Of a stretch of DNA of 38,896 nucleotides, positions 23,366 through 33,557 are shown in pieces. The stretch lies in assembly GCA_002633005.1 (NCBI GenBank), contig NMRA01001218.1, positions 1-38,896 on the forward strand, in the 5' to 3' direction. This stretch comes from Phoronis australis (lineage: Eukaryota; Animalia; Phoronida). A model generated the notes under the pieces. That model had not been told where the DNA came from. It ran no database searches and saw only the letters and a program-made list of their open reading frames with translations. A program made the translations under genes and the position numbers. Position 1 is the first letter of the stretch; every line of letters starts with the position of its first letter.

Positions 23366-25907
23366 GGGGCTATTCGGAGAATTCTCCTCGCGGTGTCGCT
23401 GCTGTACTAGTAGTGATTGAATTGCTCATGCGTCGCTGTCTGCATGTCAACAGCTGGTAAAAACACAGATTGTCATCAAAATACGGCGTCGCGCAAAGCC
23501 TTATTATTGCTATTTTCCCCTGGTGCAAGTCTTCGACAGGTGGTCACAAATTACCAAAAGACCTAAGGTTACTACATTCGTGGAGCATTGCGGTCAAAAG
23601 GGTCAACCAACTGACAAAAAGTGTGTGGGTGCCGAAGCCCCTTTGGGAGACTACATAACGTAACTTGGTAAGTTTTTAGCAATCAAGTTTCTATCGACAT
23701 CGTTCGGTGATGTTATCCCCACCAGTTACCCCACTGAATAACGGGTTTATTGAATGGAACTAAGGACGCGGATGCCGGGTAGGCTAGCAGTACATATTCA
23801 CATATTGTCCTGCAGGGGTAGGAATGTGCCCAATATAAGAGGTGTATGGTGCGTGACGCTCAGAAGTCAAGGGTGACTTTTTCACAGCAGTTTCTCTTCA
23901 AAGCGATGCTATGTCCAATGAAATTCTCTAGAGTGAGTTTCCTTATTTTATGGCGGACTCCACCCCCAGGACTACCAGATTAGTTACTGAATTAACATGA
24001 ATAAGCTATTCAGTAAACGTCATAACATTGTATTGGAATAAAAATTGACACCTAGAATGAATTTTACTTGTTGAGGTCAGATGCACATTTTAGGTGTGAA
24101 AAATACACATTATTAAATCACTTTTAGCCTGTTTCACATAGTTTAATTCAGATCTTAAATAAGACTTGTGTACAAAGATTATTTTTTTCTACGTATAAAC
24201 GTGAAGATGAAACGTCAAGTATGTATGTTCTGCCTTACTAAAGTAGTTTTGTCTTGTGTTTTCTTTATAATTTGTTAATATTTCTCTGACTATTCTGTTA
24301 CAGGTGAGAGAAAACGACCGCCTGACCTTCTATTTTACCTTTGGACAAAGTGAAAAGCAATCCTTCAGCATTAACCTGAGAGAATTGAACATAATTCAGA
24401 AATTTAGCCCTTGATATGCCTGATTATGGACTCCATTGCGTGGGAAAGTTACAATAATTGTTTTTAACAATGTTGTTTCTTTATATACTTTTCTTGCATG
24501 TGGAACTTTTGTTGAGGACAAGTTAACACAAAACTTAAAATTGTTCGAAGGCCTTCTTGAGAAAGCTCTAAAATAATTACACACACAAACAAATCAAATG
24601 CAAAGAAAGGGAATACTTCATTTTGATCGCTGCACATTTCTAGAGGTCAACAGGAAAACGACAATTCGCAAGCGTAATCCCTAATCATTTCAGATTTATA
24701 AAGAATAAAGAATAAGCACAACTGCACTGTGTGGGGCTTTAAAACTGAGGAAATATTGTGGTTTCAATAATTAGTGAAAAACTTGCCTGTTGATGAAAAA
24801 TTTATTCAATCATCAAAGTGTAACATTAACGGGCTTTCTACTGACAATAAGACAATCGATGCATTCACTGAATGTCATTTCCCCATAATGTGTACCAAAT
24901 TGAAATGTTTTTACCATTAATATAAAGTCTTCTGAAAGGAAAAGTTAATATCACTTAGTGAGAAAGGACAAGTATTTGTACCAGATGCTTTTGGTTTTCA
25001 TTTCACAGAGATCTAGTTTTAACAGCTTATAGAAGCGCTTGTAAAAAGGTCCAGTTTCGGCACGTGGCTTTCCTCCAGGTAACCTCATTCAGCTTCAATT
25101 AGATCCTTGAAGGTAAACACAACAGCACATCACTTGACTTGTTTTGTGCCCAAAATCTGACCCTGAACTAGACCAGAGTGTCACTACGTCTTCTTTAGCT
25201 TCAGTCCAGCATGTTTCTTCCAGGAAAGGAAGTAAGCTATTGTCTACATATGACTTATTGCCTACGAAAGGCCATCCTCACCAGCGAGGCTGACTTATAT
25301 AGCAGTCAGATATAGTTCCTCTTCATACATGCGCGCACCCAGCCTTCAATATGGGGGGCTCGAATTCCTGACTTTTGTGGACCTTTTGGTAACAAAAAAT
25401 ATAGTCTAATGGATATTTACGTACCCTTTGCCATGGCATTGGACTTGGATTGTAATCTCACTAACCAATATCGAGTTAAACATTCAGCATTCATTGATGT
25501 AACTGTCACTGATAAATCTGTTAGAAATCATTCCATACAATAAGACTGCTTTGAGGTACGAAAACATCCCGAGTGCTACATCAAGTATCGTAACAAGCAT
25601 CACAACAAACAAAGATTAATCCGACTGGCGACTGCCGCGAAGTCGGCATCGGCGAGTATCTCAGTTAACAGGCATCAGTAGAATAAACATGGAATAATCG
25701 TTAAAATAATCACAAACCTTACCTTTGTATAAGGTTGTGTTTACTTTCTCTCATAGAAGCACCCTTTTTATGCAATCTCAGATTCAGTTGGAACGCCTAT
25801 AAGCCATTTCACCATGTATTTAAAGGGCGCGCGAAATCTAGGCTGTTAATCTATCACCTGTAGTACACGCGCGCCCTCTAGTTAATGTAAATTTTCCGAA
25901 TAGCCCC
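23366..25907. mobile_element. Decayed ISL2EU-type (PHIS group) DNA transposon with THAP (+) and SAP/YqaJ-like exonuclease (-) remnants
   Basis: TIR GGGGCTATTCGGA.AATT / AATTTTCCGAATAGCCCC flanked by AT. THAP-like PWCKSSTGGHKLPKDLRLLHSWSIAVKRVNQLTKSVWVP at ~23518-23635; minus-strand LKLKKT**HSGLVQGQILGTKQVK*CAVVFTFKDL..VPKLDLF at ~25045-25210; SAP-like LHKKGASMRESKHNLIQR followed by gtaagg at ~25723-25780. Confidence 0.8.
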
Positions 25908-26121
25908 ATTGACACGGAGCAAGATGCAGGTTCATGATAAGGTCCAGTTTTAGTTAAACTAAACAAAACAAAATAAAACACATTCCTTATTTGAGTTTTG
26001 TTTATTGTTTATCTGAAATTTAAGTATAAATACCAAAATAGCCATAACAATGGATTGCCAACAGTACATTCTATAAGGTATGTATGAATAAATGTTTTTC
26101 AATAAGGCATGGAAAAATGTC

Positions 26122-26300
26122 GCAAACAGCTTGTCCCATCAGCACGCCATGTTTTTGGTCACATCACGTGACCTAATCAATATCAATCCAAAAAGATTTC
26201 TGCCCGTCCCTGTCTAGGGCAGAAATCTTTTCGGACATACATTCATTAGGTCACGTGATGTGACCAAAAAGATGGCGTGCTGACGGGACAAACTGTTCGC
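26122..26300. repeat. Fold-back palindrome (two ~83-bp arms, 11-nt loop), probably a hairpin MITE
   Basis: The left arm gcaaacagcttgtcccatcagcacgccat..aagatttctgccc pairs with the right arm gggcagaaatctt..atggcgtgctgacgggacaaactgttcgc with few mismatches. Confidence 0.9.
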
Positions 26301-27708
26301 ATTCAGCTTTTGAAGTACACTAGTTAATGAAGAATTTTTTTCTCTTATACATGGCTATGAAGAAAATTTTATTTTTATTTTTGATTCAGGACTTTTGGTT
26401 TCTTCGTCATAAATGAGGAACTGGCAAGAGTCTACGGTAGTGATGTGCTGGCTTTCAACAAAGGTACCAATTTACAAAAGGTGCCTACCCCAACATATTT
26501 TCGCAATGCAAGGGTTATGTCACAAATCGTACTGCTTTATCTACTTTGCTTGCAATCAAACAAATTATGTTATTTACTCAGGCACCATATTTTATGTGTC
26601 TAATGCATATTTGTTTTGTCTATTACTTAGTACTCTGATAAATGTGATTTCTTTGTGGTACTAATAAACAAAATTTATGCCCAATACCATTTCTTAGTTT
26701 CATACTGAAAACCGGATGAAGACTTAAATGTAATGAAACAGAACTGGTAAAGTTGCTACAAACCAACTTTCCATCAACAATAAAGTAACTTTCAATTTAT
26801 ACCATTTTCTGCATCAGACCTCCTATCAGTAAGTTTCTTTACCCAGGTGAGGATGGGTTTCTTGGCTTGTAACAAATTCACCTACAGAAAATGACAAGCT
26901 GTTTCAAGGCAACTTGATAAACTGAGGTTTGTTCTATAATGAACTGTCAGTTCTTTCTAGTTCCAGGAATCACTTGTACTTTGAGTAAGGAATGGGCCAA
27001 GACAATAAATAGTCAAAATCAAGAGTTGGTTTAATTGAAGGAAGGCAGGTTCATAGCAGCTTTAACAGCAATGACATAATCACATCAACACAAAATGGAT
27101 TTTCACTGCTGAAGTTTAACCTGTATAACATCAAATGCATTTCACTGCAGTAATTCTCAACACAACAGAAATGTAAATGCAAACAAGAGTTGCAGCACGA
27201 CATATAATTAATCGAAATATGTTTGAAGTCATGGACACATTTATATTAATTACGTAGTCAATTCGCACAACCACGTGGACCAACAAAAGCAGATGATGAC
27301 TGTTGATAGACTCAACATGAACCAAGTTACATGAGCACTTCAATTAAAAAGCAGGTACTGTATCACAGTTTTGGAGTCAAATGTAAGCAAACAGTGGTCA
27401 GGGATTGTTGGTTTACATATATAAAAAGTAGAATGTCAGATTTATATGCTGTACGGTAAATGAGTAAGATCAAAAATATAGCCGTGTCCTTTTGTATTGA
27501 CAACAGTCTATATCCACGTCAAGCTACTATGCAAAGGTAACTTTAAAATTAGTGTCAAATGTTCACTGAAGCAGTGATAATTCTTTTGATAGATCAAATA
27601 ACATTTGTTGTCATTGCAAAACCATTGATCGTCAAGGCAATGAACTGGGTAGCCCCTGGAAGTCATGTGTCAAGTTTGTGCATGCCTTGTTTTTCTCTCA
27701 AGCATCTG

Positions 27709-27800
27709 CTAACTATGGACACCGGTGGCACTGGAGTATAGACCTTTCTTAATCCTTGACAGCATTACTCTTAGATTTCTCACTGAAGTTCCTATGTAGC
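27709..27800 (-). CDS. Putative last coding exon of a small antisense membrane-protein gene
   Basis: Acceptor ttttacacttacAG; phase 1; (G)YIGTSVRNLRVMLSRIKKGLYSSATGVHS*. Confidence 0.55.
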
Positions 27801-28576
27801 CTGTAAGTGTAAAATATTGTGAAAAGTTACAATATAATTGAGCACTGAAACACTAAAACCAAAAATACAGTGCACAGAAAACCACCATTGGGTACAAGTA
27901 ATGATAACTGTATCTATACCAACAAGGAAATGCTAGTATCAACAAGTGTGAGAGGTTGCAAGTTAGAAAGATGGTGCAGGAACTAATGCACGTATTGCCA
28001 AATTTTCATCGCATCATGATAACTTTTGATGGCCATTGCCACTTTATGGTTTAATTGGATCCTATAGTTCCAAGACAAGAAAATGAACTCATGGCAACAT
28101 GGTTATGTCCCAAGTGCTACTCAGCAGCCGGTCATACTATTATCGTCTTTTAACAAGCAGTAAGAAACCTACATTGAGAGAAAATAAAGTTGCATTTTCA
28201 CAGAACAATTTCTGCGGCTATAAACCCTGTTATCCGCGCAAATTAACTTTTGATTTTAACCACTTTCCTCATTCAGATGAGAAATAAGTTTTGGTCTTGC
28301 AAAGAACTGTCAGTTCATTATGGTTGTGACCATGTCAGGTGAATGAAATGGCATGCTGTGACACGTCAACCTAAAGAAACTCAAGTAGTAACAAATTGCA
28401 GGAGATTTTCAAGCCCAAAATTCACACCTTATTTTTATCAAGTTACAATTCGAGATCAATATCATACTAATGGTACATGGTCTAAATAAACAAGTTGGTT
28501 TTCGTGACATAAGGCATGCCTATATCTACTTTAAATTCCAATAGAGCATAGAGTCTTTACAAGAGCAGACACAAAC

Positions 28577-28647
28577 CTTTGATCCAGATTGTGAGGATGC
28601 AGGTGACAAAGAAGATAAGGACAAGGGTGAACAACAGCTCTGAATCC
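28577..28647 (-). CDS. Putative internal exon encoding a transmembrane helix
   Basis: tcatcttgcAG|...AAG|GTttgt; 71 nt, phase 2 to 1; DSELLFTLVLIFFVTCILTIWIK. Confidence 0.6.
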
Positions 28648-29569
28648 CTGCAAGATGACAATAGTGGCATTTGTAAGAAGACATTCAGTTTAAAATTTAT
28701 TCTGAGGCCTCTACACTGAGAAGTCAGACATGTATCTATGAATATGAAACAGTGACATTGAATCGACAGATGGAATCGTAAAAAGGCAAATTTTCAAAAT
28801 AAGGTTTTTAGAAATCATAATTGCTTCCCACACCAAACATGGTGCACAGAATTTCAACCAGCAGCTGGAGTTAGCTTGCATTTATATTACAGTTGTAAGC
28901 GAGTTGAAAATTTTCACATGCAAATTAATTACATTACAAATGTTCTTTGCTAAACTGGACATCCTCCAAAGCACTGATACATTAGAACAAAAACTTCACA
29001 CTAAAGTATGGTTTACACAGACCTAATATAAATAACTCAAATGAAACACTGCTTCGTGCATTTCAATGTGCATTTCCATGTTTTAATATGGAACAGCAGT
29101 GACGCCATCATGTGCGAAGTGCACTCATCCTTAAAAAATATCTAATATTTGTCTGGTAAGCTGCTTGACTGTATTCATAAGTTTAGGTGTAAAAGTCTAT
29201 GTCCAAGCAGTTTTTTTAGTAAAAAAAGCTTGCTACAGGGGGTTAGTTTGAAAACGCAGATGTAAACGCTTTGATCTAAGTATTTTTGTAAAAAAATCAG
29301 TGTGGGGGTTGCTGGTGCACTGCACGGTGGTAGGGGTAATGCGTTGTCGGAATCACAGACACTCCAAAATATTGGGAATCCCATTTTGGACACCCTAGTT
29401 TCGAAATCCTGGGTGAATCCCTGAATAGAAATTGAACAGGCTTTAAAGAAGGCATGTTTAAATACTGTAAACCAAACAGTGATATCTTTGGTTAGGATTG
29501 TGAGTTGTGAGTTGAATAAAATGTGAAATGTCACTCCATGAGATATTAAGGAAATGAATGAAACAATAC

Positions 29570-29634
29570 CTCAAGGTTTCTTCAGGTGATGACCAGTCTG
29601 GGACTCTTGCAAAGAAGTTTGTAGAGGGCGTTGT
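29570..29634 (-). CDS. Putative upstream exon of the same antisense gene
   Basis: tttAG|...GAG|GTattg; TTPSTNFFARVPDWSSPEETL(R); phase-2 end fits 28647. Acceptor position uncertain. Confidence 0.45.
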
Positions 29635-32452
29635 CTAAACCACTCATTCTGAAAGTACAGATGATGAAGGAGGGTTTAAATACAATTTGACTCACTTTAC
29701 CAGGAGCAATCACAAGATTTAAGAATGTACTTTCAGTCAATTTGTTACACCTTTATGCTTAAAACAACTTTGATTTAATTACCAGAAGGCAAAATTTGTA
29801 GCTGAGACAAAATTATTCTAAACTGACAGCGACTTAAGAGACTTATAATTGATGAAAATTCCGGCTTACGTTAAAGCCCATAGCCTAATCTCTGTATTCG
29901 ATACACAACTCGAAAATTTAACAATTCCATGACATGAGCAAACATAAGATTTGTACTCCAATCACGTGATTTGACTGGCTAATTTTTTGAGGTTGTGAGT
30001 TCCAGTAATGTACCTCGACCATGCAGATTGCAATTAACCATTTTCTCCTAACCTGCACAGTCTAAGATGGAAATACAGAGAAAAGTGGCCATCAATAACT
30101 GAATAAGTTTAGCACACCTATTCTTTCTTTTAAAACTTAATGGAATAAGAAAGATCAACTTACGGTTACACGGGCCCCTGTAGGTGGTCAGTATTCTCCT
30201 AACTGGAAAAAATAAAGCAAATAAGACATTCTCAAGTATATCCATCTTGACCAAGACTTATCCCCCCCCACTGTACTCGGTACGACAAACACTGATATGA
30301 GCTTTCTAATAAAGCTATTGGCGTGGCCAAGTGAAGTCCCTAACACATCCTACAAACATCTCCCCTCTCCCACCACAATTATTTACACCACCTGCCACAT
30401 TGTTCTGCTAGTTAAAATTGATCTAAAAGCCCTTTTGTACTTAATTTTGGTCTGAGCAGAGTGTCGACATAAACTCGAAAGTTAATCGAACCGTTTTTAC
30501 CGGCTTTGGATGTCTAAGTAAACTGTAGCTGATGATGTTGTCATCAAAGTAATCTAAACGTAGTGCAGATGCAACACTGTTACACCAGGATTTTTTAATG
30601 TGATAATTTGGGAACATTGACATGTGCTAATGGACACAAAAACCTATTTCTAATTCGATTAGTGACTACTCCAGCAAATATGAGCAGCTTTTAGCGACAA
30701 CATTACCCTGTAATTGTCGATGATAGCAGTGGCCCCTGACAATAACTTCTTCGATGTAACCGAAGTTAATCATTCATACTACCGTACACCACAGCATCGA
30801 CGCTCCGCTTGTCTACTGTGAAGTCAACTGGCACAGTTAACTTCGATTCAGGACCGTAGTTAACCCTCCATACTGACTGCAACTCCCCAAAACATCGCCA
30901 TGTCGACGTTAGAATAAAAGGGCCTTACCTGTTTTAACTACATGTTAAAACACTAACATGGTGTAACTAGTCCGGGTCAGCGTGAATCAGTACTACTACT
31001 AGTACTAGTAGTATTAGAACAAAAACTGAACAGCTGATCGAATTGTAGCCAGCCAGCTAGCTGTATGATGACTGTATATATATACAGCTTTGTAAAAAGG
31101 CTAATCGAATTGAGGCTCTTCAAAATGATTCGGGTCCGATGTATGCTGACTGAGATCAGTCACCCATCAGTGATTGCTCTAAACGTGTATACGAGTCATT
31201 GAACATTTCACAAACAGCACACTTACTGACTTATACTTGTCCATCGAAAGTCTGGTATTGTTCATTTGTTGTAATGTAAAACCTTCACGAGTTCGAACAT
31301 TCAGTCTTGTCCTCATTGTTTCTCACCTATCGAACGAGTCGATTACAGGTACAAGGTTTGTTGGTAATTCCGCTTTTTGTACTGGCTAACACGTCTTTCT
31401 GAATCTCGTAGAGCAGGATGACTGCGTTTCGCCTTCGAACGTACACTTCGTAGATCTACTTCTCCCCGCCATTTGTATAAATTCTGTTGACCTCTAGATC
31501 TGTGGCTGCGCATGTGTTGTTGTAATGTTTGTAATCTGTTTAGCAGTCGGGATACTAAATTCTTTGTAAACATTTCATTCGTTTGTAGTATTTACGATTT
31601 TTTTCAAACTTTTTGCACAAGTTGAAAGTTAATAACTTTTTTAATTCCATGTCACATAAAAAACCGGCTTAAACGGCGTTAAGAGGTTTTTTCTTCTATA
31701 ACTCGGACCATAGGCCTTTAACGGCACTAATGACTGATATAATCTTGAGCTGGTGATTCAAACGGAGTCGAGTTGCCCACAAAAGTGATCAATTGTAGCG
31801 CTGCATCCGAGGGATCTGTTCCGATTCTGAAAAAGGCAATTTATTTTAAAATGACTGATCACGAAGGTGCTGAATATGATCAGCATTCTTGCTTTCTAAT
31901 ACAACATAACATTAAGTTAATGAATGTAAAGAACCTTACGAAATCCCCAATTTCTTTATCGTTTTTATGGTTGCGACCCGCTGTATGTAGTGAGCCACTG
32001 CACCGCAGTATTAGCATTGCAATCGGCCTCATTGCATAGGGTCCTATCAGATGTTCACCGTACTATAAGCTGACCTCAAGTCTGAAATGACGAGCTGAGA
32101 GTTTACCCATTTCCCTAATGAGAGTGGGGTGTTTTCTAATTGTCAGAGGCTGAACTATGTTGATAAATAAGCTTAATGAGCTATTTATTATAACATATTT
32201 CTTTTTCAGAAACATTTTAATCCCATGGCTGTTGTTAAATACGTCGCTGCATTAGAAATGTTGAGTAGTCACACTTTTGCAGTAACTTGATGATGAAGAA
32301 ATCTTAGCTACTGTCATATTAACTCATGTACTTAATGACTGATATGTTTGATTTAATGTTTTAGGAGATTGTTAATGTGAATGGTGTGGATGTATTATGG
32401 CAAGATATTGTACTTATTAATAATTGATATGACATTGTATTTGCTGTTGTAG

Positions 32453-32530
32453 TGATATACAGTGTTGCACCTGTGGTGAAAATGTTAAATTGGCCATAAC
32501 GGATCGCATTGGAGGGTGGGATGAAGAGAG
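32453..32530 (+). CDS. Putative symmetric (phase 2-2) 78-nt ROCO exon
   Basis: ttgtatttgctgttgtAG acceptor, AG|GTATGT donor, open frame DIQCCTCGENVKLAITDRIGGWDEE(R), in phase with 33558. Confidence 0.5.
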
Positions 32531-33557
32531 GTATGTCTCATTCAGTATCGAGTGTAAAAGAAATCCGAATTGATGGTCCAGCAGAGTAGAGCTATCTTGA
32601 TGAAAAACAATGTGATGAAAAATGGAAAATCAAACAGCACTTAAGCATCTTTTTGGTAATATTCAAGTATTTAAAAAGACACTTTCGTAGCCCTGGCTGT
32701 TCTCATTCGACACTTGTTGAGGCGAATGATTTGAATGTCAACTTTTTTGCTTATAACATGGCTGTGGTTGACATGTATTTTTAGTGAAGATATTTAGTTT
32801 TGATAATCGTGTAGTCGTGTACTATATGTATTTGGCAATGCTATGTTGAACTGTCGGTCAGCCATTTAAATTTGTCAGAATATATTGATTACAACTAGTA
32901 ATAGCATGTCTTCCTCCTAAGCTCATTTTAGAAAATACCACCATTGGACAATTAACAATTTGCTCATACTGTCTATAGTATGTGGGTCTGTTAGTAATGT
33001 GCTCTGTCATAGCAAACTGCTTCAGCAGTATGTGTCAGTGCGCACAAAATGTATTGTCAACTGGTCCATGTATCTCTGTGGTGATACTATCTACAATAAA
33101 AACATCTCCACAATGACATTGATACACATAATTATTTAGGTGTCATTGTGATGAAGCTGTGCCTGTATGCAAATGTGGGCTCATTCTGCATACCACGATG
33201 TGTAAAAACCCTGGCTTATATAATGAGTAAAATGAAAGTGCTTATTTTAAAAATAACGTGAGAATGAAACTTTATTGCTTTGAAACCAGTAAACGGTGTC
33301 GAGTTTTGAATGGAGGTGTTAACTACGAATGAATAGATGATGCATATACAGAATGAGATATGCATGTGTACAATGAAATGGAAAACTTACACCCATGTGC
33401 TTATGTGTGAAATATGTAAGCAAAATATAGTTTCTGAAAAAAAAAAGAAATACAGTTATGGCACATGGTTCTAATTACTCGACTGTGCAGGAGAACATTA
33501 TTTTATAATTGTCTTTTCAATGTATTGCGAATAAATTGATTTTATTTTATTTTACAG

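Noticed and set aside
29237-29423. Possible MITE ending in ...GGGTGAATCCCTG
   Set aside because: Matching left TIR and TSD are not convincing.
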